Shown: one piece after another, positions 34,837-48,229 of the stretch
How the letters are laid out: every line of letters starts with the position of its first letter
Position numbering within the stretch: the stretch's first letter is position 1
Assembly (NCBI GenBank): GCA_001643675.2
Contig: LSRY02000021.1
Location: forward strand, 1,240,001-1,304,000
DNA from: Monocercomonoides exilis PA203
Lineage: Eukaryota; Protista; Preaxostyla
Length of the DNA stretch: 64,000 bases
Reading direction: 5' to 3'
Translations under genes and position numbers: made by a program
The notes under the pieces: model-generated
Told to the model about the DNA's origin: nothing
What the model saw: only the letters and a program-made list of their open reading frames with translations
Databases searched by the model: none

Positions 34837-36842
34837 CTGGCTCCCTCCAGCATTTGAGCCTGTGTGTCTGTGTGCCTGTGCACCACCCACCGTCTGGCTT
34901 GCATCGCGCAATGAAGAAAAAAGGGGAGAAAGAAAAAAAAGAAAGAAATATCAATGACAATTGCTTTTGCAGCATTCTCAGCTATTCAAGTTTTTGGTGT
35001 TTGTGTTGCGTTTCCAAGCCAGCAGCATTGCCACTTCGCTTCTGCGCACCTCCATCCAAGCAATGTGTGATCTCACAATCACCGTGCCTTTTCGTATGTT
35101 TTGTAATCTTGTTTTGCTGGCCAGACTTTCGTTTTTGATCGGGTGCAGCTGCGCAGATGCTGCAAAAATATTTATTATTTTATTTTATTTTATTTATTTT
35201 TTTCATGGCAATCAACAAATACGCAGAATTCTTTCCATTTCTCTCTTTTCTTTTCTTTTCTTTTCACCAGTTCTTTGACAGAAGCTTCGATCCATTTCAA
35301 GGCTGTTGTGAAAATAATAAATAGCTTTAATGTGCATGTGCCTTCAAAGACCCGAAGAAATGGAATCTGTTCCAAAATCTCGATTCAAAGAGCAATATGC
35401 TTCCAGCTCCAACAAGCGCATCTCGCTTGATGGCAGCGTTCTCATCACAGAAGCATTCTTTCACCCACCCCCACCCCTGAATCCTTCGCCTCTCCAGACA
35501 GCAATAAAATCAGAAACCCAGACGATGCCTATCTGCTCTTGTTTGTGCTCCAACTCGGAAAACGGGCGCTTTGGAGAGTGCACACGCTTTCCTTATTTTG
35601 TGCATGCCAAATGCGAGGACAATCTGTTTTGATTTATCGACAAAGATGTTGCAAGGACACAAATGCCTGCTGATCACAATAACAAAAAGTGATAATCTGT
35701 CCAGAAGATGCACATGTGTCGAGTGAAAAAGAATATCGTCAGCATATTTTCTTTTTGTCTTTTCACAACAAGAATGCTTTCATTTTCCCATTTTCTGCCT
35801 CTGCAATGGGCCTATTTTCATGTCTTGTTTTTCAGATAGCGGGGGTTTCCATATTACAATTGTTTAAAAAAGAAAAGAAATGAAAAGAAATCACAAAGCA
35901 AAAGGAAAAAACAAACTCTGGAAAGTGAATAATTACCATTTTTATTTTATTTTTTGTGGGAGGAAAATCATGAGATTTTTTTAAAAACCGAATATTCAAA
36001 GCATTTTCCCGGTTTGAAGATATCGCAGCTTCTCGTATTCCATGCTACCAATAAAGACATCACCCTAATTGCTCTTTACGAGGCACTTCTGAATGAATGA
36101 TGAACATCAACTCTTCTATCGCACCAAATTGGTCTTTTCTGAATTCTTTATAAAAAATTAATGGAATAACGGTTCGTGATTGATTCAAATTATTTATCAG
36201 TCAAACAGATGGTTCCTTCTCTAATTTTTAAAATTACTCCAAAAGATTTTCTTAAAAAAAATGATAAGGTTTTATTCAATATCGAAATAAACACTGAGTG
36301 ATTAATTGACATCTGAAGTGATTTTCATGGATTTTTTACAGACTTGGAAAATTATCCCAAGCCACAAGAAAAAAAATAAGTTTCGTGTGATTTCTTATGA
36401 AAAATTCCTTTAATAAAGTTTTCAAATTAAATAAAAATTTCGAGTTTTTGATCAGATTTTTGTTTATATATTAGAAAAAACAAAAGAATATGTTCAATAA
36501 CACTGACTGGCATTTGTTTCCATTCTGATGATATTTCGTGAGTGGGAATAAAAAATTGATGAAAATATGAAAATATTATATTATTCGATAATTAAACAAT
36601 AGGAACTTTTCAAAAAAATTTGGACAGATTCACAAAAATATTGTTCCTAGGTTATTAACAACCGAAAATAATTTCTATTGGCTTTTTTGAAAACAGTTTC
36701 AAATCAAGCTTATTTAATCAAAATACTCGATTATTTGCATATCTACAATACAAACTTTAATATGCAGAGTCGTCAATGACTTTTAAAATTAAAGTTTTGT
36801 TTTTTTGAAAAGTTTCTTTTGAATAATTTGCGTGCGAAATTT

Positions 36843-37097
36843 GGGTGATTATTTTTTTAATCATATTTTGTCAATCAAAATTGTTGGTTCGATAATTTTC
36901 CGAGAATATTAAAGTTATGATTTCTGAAAAGAAAAAAGGCGCAATAAAAATATCTTCTTTTAATTATCAGTTGACACATTAGATTTTAAAACAGTTGTGA
37001 TAAATTTTCATTTGAATTCAAAACCTCTTCTTTATGACAAATAACGTTGATAAAATCTGCTCTTTGAAAATAGTTAGGATTTCAAGAATAATCACCC
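36843..37097 (+). mobile_element. 255-bp GGGTGATT MITE, diverged copy
   Basis: GGGTGATTATT...AATAATCACCC with the same length and internal motifs (TGAAAAG, ACAGTTGTGAT) as the other copies. Confidence 0.8.
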
Positions 37098-38068
37098 AGC
37101 TTCTCGATCTTTCCATAACATCATGCATTTGAAAGATTATAATTTGAATGCATGTGACGCTTTATTGAAATTCTATTTCAATTAACTGTGAATGATAAAA
37201 TAACACATACCCCGAAAAAATATATGACTTCATACAAAAAAAAAAAAAAAAAAGCACCAATATTTATTCTATGAATAGTTATTTTGAAATCCATCTAGTC
37301 CAGTATTTTGTGCAACACCCGATATTTCATGCACAATCTGTAATTTTTCAAACAGACAAACTTGATCAAAGAAAAACAGTTTTGTGCTGGAATGTTAAAT
37401 TCGGAAACTTTTTTTCATTACAAAGTTTTTCCACATTATTTTTATTAGAAAAATTTGTCATAAAAATATTTTCGTCATTCTTTTCAAAAAAAAATCCTTT
37501 TTTTTTTTGAATTTGTTCCAATTTAACTTTCTGTCGATGGAAATTAATAAAAGATGACAAGAAAGTTCAAAAATGCTATTTTTTTTTTGGTGAATGTTTT
37601 GCAAATAAATAATTATTGTTTTCCAAACGAGGTTTTTTTTTTTTCAAATTTCAACTCTAACAAAAGTCAGATTTCAATTAGAATCATTCGAAGATCTCAT
37701 TCGATACATTCACATTTTTTCGGAAGGTACAAAAACATTTTCGAAAAAATTCATCATTCTTTCAAATAATTATCTATTTCCTTTTAACATCAAGTATTGC
37801 TTTTTGTGCATGCCATAACTTTAAAAAAAAAAAGAAATGAATTACTGAAATGAATAATTTATAACATGCCGAACAAAACTAAAAAAAAAAAAAAATTAAA
37901 ACAATTATTAGTAACGCGTTTCACATCCAAGCAAAGTTTATCTTTAAAATAAAGAAGATTTGAAGAACAAAGAAATGAAAAGTTTTTCAGTCTTGCGTAG
38001 AATATTTCATTTAATTCTAAGAAGAAAAATTATCAAATTCATTTTTAAAAAGTCAACATTTAATAAAT

Positions 38069-39577
38069 TCAACTTCTTTTTTGTTCAATTTTTGAATGTT
38101 GACTGATTGTTCCGCTATCATATTGAAGATTGTGCGGGCCATCTTCAATTATTTTTCCTCCATTCATAGCTTCAACACCATTATTTCGACCAGATCTTTC
38201 ACCTGTTCTATTCACTCGCCCTTCTTCATTTCCGTCAATACGACGCCCATCTTCTTCTTCCTCCTCGTCTCCCATTCCATCAACATCAGCTCTTCCACGA
38301 AGAATAGCCTGATCTCTCATCATCATATCTCCTTCATCATCTATTATCATTTGTCCGATCAATCCGTCTCTTAAATATTGCTCCTCTGCACGCATGATGT
38401 CACCATCCCCTAATCCACCCACAGTTGCCCTGCCGACTCCGCCTGCTCTTTCGGCTGCCTCACCACCCCCTCCGCCAGTTCCTCCACTTTCCCCTTCTTC
38501 TTCTCTCATCAGCAACGCCATGCTCGCGTCTTGCAATAAGAATTCTCTACAAAATAAGCGAAATGTTGTCAATCGCCCAAGATTTTCTCGAACAGCAATT
38601 ATTCCAAAGTGTGCAGTAAGCTGCTGAATTGCAGAAGACACGTGCCTTGGCGGGTTAAAACATAAACGTACAAGATCACTTTGGCGTATCCCTTTCAAGC
38701 CAGAAGATGCGATCGAGCCATATAGTTGGTACAACAATGGCAGCTCTACAACAAGTGTTGGAGGCACTTCTTCTTCGTAGGGTCGCAGCAGCCTCACTCC
38801 TGAAACAAGCAAAGGGTTTAGATCTTCTCTCACTCTTGTCAGTCCCAGAAAACCTTGTCTTGTTAGGTGACGTTTAAGTGTCATCCAAAGCATAGGTTGC
38901 AATTTAAGTGCTCGTTTGATGCTATCTTCTGACATCTCTTGATTCGGTGAATTCATGATCAGTGAACATACGGCTCGACAGAGAGTATCTAGTTGCATTC
39001 GATTTTCCTCCTCTGGCTCTCGACCCATGAGTGAAGGATCATCTTCCATCAAACGCATCGGGAAGAAACCAGCAGAGGTTCCAAATCTAGAATATTTGCT
39101 CAAGCATAAAATGTTTGTATTACGATCTGGAACACTTTTTCTTGCTATCAATCCACAATCAATTGGCTGACGTAAATTATAAAAAACAGTTCGTGCGTCT
39201 GCTTGAACAAATTTTGATAAATCGCTTTGCAAAACTCCGTTTTCTTTGTATACAGCTATATGCCTCATTAATTTGACTTGAGCTTGAGTTAATGAAATGG
39301 AAGGGTCATAAATTCCTAAAGCAGGCTTAAATAAAACAGGTGCAGCTACAACTTTAACTATTGTTTCTTCATAACTCTCTGGATCGACAATTTGACCTTC
39401 TAATTCCCCAATAAAATGAAGAGAAATGTTTGGAATTTCAAAAAGTTTCAACCAGAGATAACGCTTCAAATAAACATCTTGTATTCCAAGCGTTGCCCAT
39501 AGCGCTCCTAATAGTATTCCTTCTGGACCAGCTTGGGAAATTTCTTCTACAACCTGTAAAAGTAGATTATCAATCAT
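38069..39577 (-). CDS. TFIIIC B-block-binding subunit (Tfc3/GTF3C1-like), N-terminal region only
   Basis: N-terminal VVEEISQAGPEGILLGALW; B-block winged helix ENGVLQSDLSKFVQADARTVFYNLRQPIDCGLIARK...TNILCLSKY. Confidence 0.8.
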   Translation of the reverse strand: MIDNLLLQVVEEISQAGPEGILLGALWATLGIQDVYLKRYLWLKLFEIPNISLHFIGELEGQIVDPESYEETIVKVVAAPVLFKPALGIYDPSISLTQAQVKLMRHIAVYKENGVLQSDLSKFVQADARTVFYNLRQPIDCGLIARKSVPDRNTNILCLSKYSRFGTSAGFFPMRLMEDDPSLMGREPEEENRMQLDTLCRAVCSLIMNSPNQEMSEDSIKRALKLQPMLWMTLKRHLTRQGFLGLTRVREDLNPLLVSGVRLLRPYEEEVPPTLVVELPLLYQLYGSIASSGLKGIRQSDLVRLCFNPPRHVSSAIQQLTAHFGIIAVRENLGRLTTFRLFCREFLLQDASMALLMREEEGESGGTGGGGGEAAERAGGVGRATVGGLGDGDIMRAEEQYLRDGLIGQMIIDDEGDMMMRDQAILRGRADVDGMGDEEEEEDGRRIDGNEEGRVNRTGERSGRNNGVEAMNGGKIIEDGPHNLQYDSGTISQHSKIEQKRS

Positions 39578-39754
39578 GAAATTGTTTAATATGGGGTTGT
39601 TTCGAAATTTTGTTGAGATAAAAAGAAGAAAGATTTAAATAATTATTATTTCAATTTTGTAGAGGAAATTTGTCAAAAAATCCATAATAATATGTTAAGC
39701 TCTTATTATTTCGCTCAAATCCGTTAACTGGATAACATTTCACATATTACTGAA

Positions 39755-42700
39755 ATGAATACAATTATTGTTTGCACTTATTGCTTGTGTGATATTTTTA
39801 AAAAATTCTCTTTTTGATTTATTCTGATTCATAATTTTTGTATTTTATTAATTCAGGAAAGCATTTGCAAAAATGAAAAAACGCAAGAATGCACAGATTC
39901 AAAGTGCATTGTGAGTTCTGTGGTAGAAAATTCATCTTGTGTTCGGAATTCTCTTAATTCTTTTGATGTTTCCTCAAAAAATCGTTTGCTGAATATTTTT
40001 TTAATAATGTACCAATGGTCATTTCTTTTATTAAAACATGACGTACTTTTAATTTAGATTCCAATCAACAAAGTGAATATTTTAAAACAACGATATCACA
40101 GCCATTTATTGATCAAATCAAAACAATTTCATTAGAACATGACACTCCTCGTAGCAATTTGAATATTTTCCCTTATCCAGAGTGCTCATACGATCGCTTG
40201 AGTAATTCAAAACTTTTATACCCGTCTTCTTCGAATAATCATATGAGGCAACATTTTCTGGATTCTTCGTCAAAGACAGATTCATGCTTTTCACACCTTT
40301 TTAATCAAAACAATGCCATTGATCAAAGTTTGACTTTAAACGAAAATGGTAAAAACGAACGCAATACTGGAAGTGTAATTCAGGTTTCTGAGTCAAGGAA
40401 AATTGGAAAGGCAATGAGTAGTTTTCTACTTCAGAAGAGAATGATCTCTCCATCAGAGAAAAACGAAGCAACTGATTTTTCCGAGATGGATGTCGGCGGA
40501 GAGCACTGCATTAAAGGAGAGAAGGAAGCTGGAGTGGACGAGAACATAGCTTATGATTTCCGGCCAAGATATTTCATGACGCAAGACGAGTTGATGGCGG
40601 AGCTGAAGTGCAAGCTGCAAGACAGTCACAATTCAAAAAATAAAAGACGACATACTCATCTTTCTTCTTCTTCTTCTTCTTCTTCCTCCTCCTCCTCCTC
40701 TTCTTCTTCATCTTCTTCTTCTTCCTCTTCCTCCTCCTCTTCATCCTCATCATCCTCCTCTTCTTCTTCCTCATTTTCATCGTCATCCTTTCCTGTTGCA
40801 GACACAGAAGAGTTATCTGAGCCATCATTGCCCAGTGAAAAATGCCCTCTCACTCCTTCTTCTCTGTCTTCTCTGTCTTCGCTATCATCATCTTCTTCTT
40901 CTTCATCGTCTGACTGGAGGGAGCTGCTGTCTTCAGCTACAGTGTGGAATCCGCTGTGCACAACACACAACTCGCTCTCTTTTGACATCGGGCACCAGCA
41001 GATTGACTCATGTGCGAGGAGAAGCAACACGACACAATGTGCAGACTTAGCACAGAAAGAGGGGTTGAACATGCACAAAACGGAGTCTGAACAACCGGAG
41101 CAGAAGAATCTTGCAAGTGGAAATGCAGGATTAGCAGGAGAAGGCAGCGGGGCAGAGACAGAGAAGTGTAACGTGATGTTTCTGGACAGCCGAGGGCGAT
41201 CAGAAGGGATGAAAAAGCATCAAAGAGAAATCCTTCTTGATGCGTGGAAGCAAAGAGACCTGATGGACATGTCGAAAGGAGAAGCAGTGCGAGGCAGTGA
41301 AAGGGGAAGAATAAGTGGCCGTCAGCTGAGAGTGCTGAAAAAGCAGATAAAAGAGGCGAAGGAGTACATGAAGTGCTTTGGGGAGTGGATAAGGAAAGAC
41401 TGGGTGGTGGACGAAAGAGAGAATGCGCTGTGGGATTTTGCAGAGGAGCGGATGATGGCAAAGATGAAGGAAACGAGCGAGGCAAGAGAAGGAGCTTGTG
41501 AAAGTGGGCAGAAGAAAAAAGACGAAATGGCAGAAAACGAATGGGACGCTGTGAATTTTCGAGGGGAGAAAGAAAGAGGAGGGAAAGGAATTAAAGCAAA
41601 GGATAATCATTTTACATTGGAAGAGCTGAAAAACATGTTGAATGATGTCGATGAGAACGAGACAAGCGCTTTTGAAAGGACGAAATTGGAGAAGATGATT
41701 TCAGAAGAAGCAAAAAGAGAGAAAAGAATTCAGAAAAGCAAAGAAGGGGGACTAGAAAAGTTTCGGCTGATGCACATGAAGAAGGAAAAGAAGAAGCAAG
41801 CATACGCAGATAAAATGGAATTGAAGAGAAGAATTGAAAAGAGGGGTGAATGTTGCGGGGAAGAAACGAATAAAGAAGGATGTTTTGATCTACCCTCAAA
41901 GGATTCTATTGGCACAGATAAGAAACAAGCAAGCAATGTGATGTTTCATCAAGTTTTAAGTGAACCGCGAAGCATCAATCATACAACAAATGCAAAAACA
42001 TCGAATTTCTCTTCTTTTCCTATGACTTCATCAGCATCTCCCGATCAATTAAATTCATCAGTTCGATCTCCTTCCTCTCCTCAAATGCAGCCAAAACAAC
42101 TTTTCTATTCGAAATCTGCGCTTTCTCTGAGTCACAATGCTACATGGCATGCGCCTTCTTCACTGCACACAGTTCATAATGCGAATGCTGGTTCTGTTTT
42201 TGCATCAAATTTGCGATTTGAGAAGAAAGGCCCCCGCTTTTTTGCTGCTCCAATTTCAAATTTATGTTCATTGGAAGGAAAACGAAGTATGAGTCATTAT
42301 TTTTCAAAGATTATTCAAAGAGCAAATGCAGGTGATTGCAGGCACACAGAAGATGTTTCAGGAAAGTTACACTCGAAAACGGCTTTAAATGCAGTTTATT
42401 CGACAGCTCGATCTTCTGAATACTTAAACCCCCAATTTGTTGATTTTTTCAATCTGAATGAACTTCCTTCCAATGAGGAGATCTTTCAAGCGCAAAATCT
42501 GTTTCCCACAGTAAATGCATCTGAAGACACAGAAGAGAAAGATATGAATGAGCAGCAAAGTGAATCATTTTGCATAGTTATTCCATTTGAGCAGACATTT
42601 TCATTGGCAAAAGAAGCAATTAGCTCAAAACAAACACATGTGAAATTCAATCAGAATGAAATGCAATCGAAAGATGTGCTGCTTGGCAGTAACAGCGAAG

Positions 42701-42999
42701 TTCTTCCAGCTGAATGGAATGGTTGTTTATATTTCCGTAATTCAACTTTTGTTTCTGGCATCATTGACAAAAGAGCTGAAAAGCAAAAACATATCAGAGA
42801 ACTGATGAAGAATAGATCCTCATGGCTTTTCCGGCAAACGCCTCTTCAGCGCAAATACTTTTGGGCCTTTGATGAAATGCCCGTCAATGAAAAGAAGAGA
42901 TTCAAATCTTGGCTTCATACAAAAGGAAAGAAACTTCTGAAAGCATTTAAAAATTCAATGATTGATATCAACAACATTTCGAAAAACTTAGACAAATAA
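39755..42999 (+). CDS. Hypothetical low-complexity protein with a poly-Ser tract; two 5' introns
   Basis: ATG 39755 and two GTTTG...AG introns splice in frame into the 946-aa ORF. Confidence 0.7.
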
Positions 43000-43536
43000 A
43001 CAAAATCTGAACCCACAAAAATTTTTCAAATGTTTATTTCTTCAATTTAAAAACATTCCTTCGAACTTATGTTTATAATACGTTCAAAATCCCAAAAAAG
43101 ATTATATTTTTATATCATATTTATTTTTCATTAATACTTTGTAAATCCAAGAAAAATCATTCTTTTGTTCCAGTATTTTTCAATATATTTATTTCAATTC
43201 GATAATTTAAAATATTATTTTTCAATTTTGTTTTCTCTATGGTTTTTTAAACTCACATTTGTTTTTGTAAGTATTCCTACAATGAAAAAAATTTTGATCA
43301 AAAATCAGAAAAAAAAGATTTTAAAAGTCAAGACTTGTTTAATGAAAGATTGTTTGCTATTTCACAATGTTACATATTATTTAAAAGCAATTTTCAGTAC
43401 TGCTTTCGAATTTTTGTTTATGCAGAATATTTTAATAACAAAACTCAAAAAGTTAATATTGTTAAAGGGAAGATCAAAAAAATCAAGAAAAAATGGGTTG
43501 TATTATTTTCTTAATACTTGAAAAGTTAACTTGAAA

Positions 43537-45034
43537 ATGTCAAAGCCAGCTACTGATTTCAATGTTGCAAATGGTCTCATGGGAGTTGGACCTGATATGA
43601 TGCTCGAAATTATTCACGAAATGACGTCAATTCGTGACGTTCAACAAGTTTGTTATTTGCGATTGATTTTCACATTAAGATAATTTTCATTTAAACGCTA
43701 AGTTCTTGGGAATTTCAAAAGCAACAAAAAGCTTAATTCAACATGAAAGATTCTCATGGTCAACTGAGACCGCAGCAGCTGACAGAACTGGAACAAAAGC
43801 TCTCGTTTGCAAGAGACTTCCTCATGTTGCAATTGTTGTTGATCCACAACTTACCGAAGAGAGGAAAGGTAATTTGGAGAGATACATCTTTGATGTAACA
43901 AAAGAACCCGAACTTAAACTGAAGGAGGAACAAAGAATCAAGTCTTTGTGCATTCAATACAAGAACTTGAGAATTGATAACAACAGCTCATTCTTTGCTT
44001 GGGGTATTATCTATGTTGATGGACTTGGAACCCTCCGCAAGAAGTTGATTGATTTCGGTGATTACGATGATATCAAAGAAAAGCGCCCATTAGCTGAGAA
44101 ATGGATCAATGATATTCAAATGCCACCAGCATCAGTGAAGTTCACACGTGTCAAATCTGGTGGAAACTTCACCATGGCACTCACTGAAGGTGGAGAATTA
44201 TGGTCTCGCGGATGGAACGAAGCAGGATCATGGACCGAGGAGGAGAAATTCACCCTGAATTATCATTTCAAGGGAGAAGGTGGACTCATCGATTCGTCTT
44301 TGGGAAAATCAAGAATTAAGGACTTCCATTTTGAAGGTGTCAGATCTGTTGTTATCTTGGAGAATGGTGCAATTCTTTTGTTCGGATCAACTTCCGAATT
44401 CCAGCCCTATGACTCTTCAATTCCTTCAGATGGATTTGTTGAAATTACTGATAAGAAATACAAGCCAAAATTCATTAAAGAACTCAGCGGAGATGTTGAT
44501 AGCTCTGCTGGACAATATGGTATCTTTGGAACTCACAAGCCCGTTAAATACTTTAAGAGAATGAATGCATTTTTGGATGAGAATGGAATTGTTTTGCTTC
44601 GTGTTGTTGATGAAGTTGATAGAAAGAATCAATTCTATTACACAGCCGTTGATCCAAAATACTTTGGAGGAGAGAAAATCATCAATATGAATCACCATGT
44701 TGATGAAATGTACATTACAGAAAGCGGAAAAATGATTATCACAAATGGAATGAGAGGAACAGCCGATATCGCTACTGACTTGAAGAATCCAAAAGCAACT
44801 CGTCAAATGGACTTCTCCGTCAAACGTTTGAAGGTGTCAATTTTGACAAAGCATACTCACACAACTTTGTTCAGAGATGATGGTAAATTAATTTCTGTTG
44901 ATTTGGAAAAAGAAGGAACAAAAGATGTTACTGATTTCGCTACTGAATTGTCTGTTGATGAAGTTAATCCTTCTGGAATGGTTCTTAAGTGGTACGGACA
45001 TTGCGGAGTCCAATACTATTTCTTGTACGAGTAA
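43537..45034 (+). CDS. Protein with an N-terminal F-box-like motif and RCC1/BLIP-II-like repeats; intron 43648-43702
   Basis: LMGVGPDMMLEIIHEMTSIRDVQQFLGISK resembles the F-box pattern; VKSGGNFTMALTEGGELWSRGWN resembles an RCC1 repeat. Confidence 0.7.
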
Positions 45035-45398
45035 ATAAAAATGAACTTGTTCTGAAAAAAACTTGTGCATTTTTCTTCAATTCCATTTTTAATTTGGCAT
45101 TATTTTGTAAATGTTTGTTTCAAACTTAATAAAGATATTTGCAGTTGATGCATTGTTATTGGATATTTTTTTATTTAAAAGAAGTGAAATTTAAAAGAGA
45201 AGTTTTTATTTAGGATATGTTTTTTTGATAAAGAAGTTTGAATCATATATTAGTATATTGGATGAAGTCAGTAAATTTGGATTGATTTTTAATGAAGATA
45301 ATTTTTCAAAAATTTTTGTGAATTTGTATTAATTTCTGAATGCGAAAATATTTGAAAATTTGATCTAGATATTTACCATAATTTGTCATTCTCATTAA

Positions 45399-47181
45399 AT
45401 GATCTTCATCATTCTTCATCTCTTCTTCTTAGTCATTACACAAAACTCGACCAATGAAACGGGCACTAATTGTACATCACCTCCGGTTTATTGCTTCACT
45501 TTTTCACAAATTTAGTAAATTATTTTTTTGATTTTCTTCCAGGCTGAAAATACATCTTCTTCAAATGGTTGAGAATTTTTAAAATATAAAAATTGCTTTC
45601 TATTTTCTTGTTTGCGTTTATTTTGAAAATAGCAACAACGGCTCCAATTTATCCTCCTGGGAAAATTCTTGAAAGAAAGCCGCCCACAGAACTGTCAATT
45701 GAGGTTTTGGTTCCTCCAAAAAGATGTTCAAAGAAAGTCAGAAGAGGAGATGAAATTATGGTGTGGGGGTTACTGTTTATTCTTTGACCAATTTCTTTTT
45801 ATAATTATCGATGTTTTTACCTATTTAATGTAATTTTTAAAGACAAAATATAGGTTGATAACATATACAAAGTTGGAATGCGTTGATGAAACAACTTCAA
45901 CTGAAGTATTTGTGTTTCGTGTTGGATACGGTGAAGTTCCACCTGGTGTTGATAAGGTTTATATCATGTTGAATGATTCCGAAATGTTATATAATTTTTT
46001 ATTTTTGAATTTATTAAACAAAAGGGAGTTATTGGGATGTGCGTTGGAGAAAAACGTCGATTTACTATGCCAGGAGAATTAGGATATGGAAAGAGAGGTG
46101 CTGGGGAATCAATTCTGCGTTTGTGAAGAAATTATTCATTTTAAAAAAGAATATAAACAACATACAAATGATACATTTCATATATCTGTTTTGATGCATA
46201 TTTTCATTCTTTTCAAATGATGCTGTTGTTGCTGTTCTTTAGCCGATGCGCCGATAATTGTGGAAATGGAAGTTCTGGAGCTGCTTCAGCGCGACTGGTC
46301 AGAAGAATACCAGAAGCGTGTGACTTTGTTTGAAGACGACTCCAAATCCACACACAGGCACGAATGCTTCGAAAAGCGGAGGCCTTTTGTGCGGCCGCGG
46401 CGGTGGCGTCTGACGATCCCGAAAGAAGGGCTCGAGCTGAAGGCGGAGGAAGGGACAGGAGGAGAGCAAAAATACCGGATCAAAACAATGCCGTATCCGA
46501 ACTTCGTGTACCACTATGGAGATGACGACAGATACAGAAGGAAGAAGAAGTGGAGGAAGAGAGAAAGAGCGTGGCAGAAGCACAGAAAGGAAATGAGAAG
46601 AGTTTGCCTGAAAGAAATAATTATTATTTCGATTTGTTTTGAGTAATTAAAAAATATATGTTATTATTGCATTGCCTCGTTGTTGCTATTTTTTTTCCCA
46701 TTTTTTTCACATTTTTTCCCCCATTTTTTTAAATTGAATGTTTTATTGATTATTATTACATTTAATAACATCAATCATATTTTCTTTTATTCACTGAAAA
46801 TTTTTTCTCCACTGCTTCTTATTCTCTGAAACATGTTTCACTGTTTCTTTCTTTCTTTCTTTCTTTTTTCCAAAGGCGGCGAGGGGACAAAACGGAACTG
46901 CATCAGTTCTGAGTGCATTGTCAGTTGATGGAGAAGAAGAAGAAGCGAAAGCTGGAGCCACACCGAAACAAGAAGTGAAGGAAGAGAAGAAAATTGAGCA
47001 GACACAGCAAGAAATAAAGAAAGAAGTCAAAGAAGAAATGAAGAAAGAGATTAAGGAAGAAATTAAACAAGAGATTAAACAAGAAATAAAGCAGAACGAC
47101 AAACAGATCAAACAAGAAGTCAAAGAAGAAAAGAAAGAGGAGAAGAGCACAAAGAACAACGAAGAGAAAAGTGAATTGTAA
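45399..47181 (+). CDS. ER FKBP-type peptidyl-prolyl isomerase (FKBP2-like), multi-exon
   Basis: Signal peptide MIFIILHLFFLVIT; CSKKVRRGD, FVFRVGYGEVPPGVDKGVIGMCVGEKRRFTMPGELGYGKRG; C-terminal KSEL. Confidence 0.85.
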
Positions 47182-47572
47182 AAAAAGAAAAGAAAAGAAA
47201 AGAAAGAAAGAAAGAAGAAGAGCTTATGACAATCTTTTGTATGTTGATTTTATCAGCTGAACAATTGCTGGTGATGAATGAATGTTGACTGAAGTTGCCA
47301 ATAAAGAGTGAGTTTCCTGTGTTTTGTTCATTTTATTCAAAATAATAATAATCCAAATTAAAAAGGAAGGCAAATAAGGTCTTTGCGTAACTATATCTTT
47401 TTTGCGTCTCTGTTTCATTTTTTAGTCTATTTGCTTATTCTGTTTCATTTCGCTTTAATAAAAAAAAACGCAAGCATTCTCTTATTCTCGCAAGCTTTGT
47501 TTGTTTCGTAGCAAATGACAAAAGGATTCAGCTATCATTGTTGGTGTGTGGTGTGAATGGAACGCAAAATAA

Positions 47573-47583
47573 GAGAGATAGTT

Positions 47584-47642
<59 letters not shown>

Positions 47643-47697
47643 GAAAGAGAAAGAGAAAGAGAGATAGAGATAGAGATAGAGATAGAGATAGAGATAG

Positions 47698-47758
<61 letters not shown>

Positions 47759-47770
47759 AAGAAAGAAAAG
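47573..47770. repeat. Compound GA/GATA/GAGAAA/GAGATA microsatellite
   Basis: Direct reading. Confidence 0.95.
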
Positions 47771-48229
47771 AGGATAAAAGGTGAGCTGATAATTTTATTA
47801 AATTTAATTTTTCTTTTTTCAAATAGAAACAATGAATACAATTGGAGAACAGAAGAGAAAAATACAAAAGTGAATGTGAAAAAATGCCCGAAGAATCGTT
47901 CTTTAGGCGGTTTCTGTTAAAAAATAAGATTCAAATAACTTTGAAGCCTAATTGTTGATCATGAGGGATACGAACAAAATTATGAGGAATTTTTAATTTG
48001 AAATAAACAAAGAAAGAAAGAAATAGTGAATAAAAATAATAACAATAATTGGAACATATAAAAAAGAAAAAAAAGAAAAAAAGAAAAAAAAAAAGAGATA
48101 AACGCAATTGAACTAAACAATTCAACAAACCAATTCGAGAATCACAAAATCTAACAAAATTTATAACTTTCATTTTTATTTTAATTTTTCTATTTATTTT
48201 CTCTCTTTAATTCCCAAATGATCAACAGA

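Noticed and set aside
47482-47867. Minus-strand LS/LY/FS repeat ORFs
   Set aside because: They are microsatellite translations; the same applies to 59611-59924.
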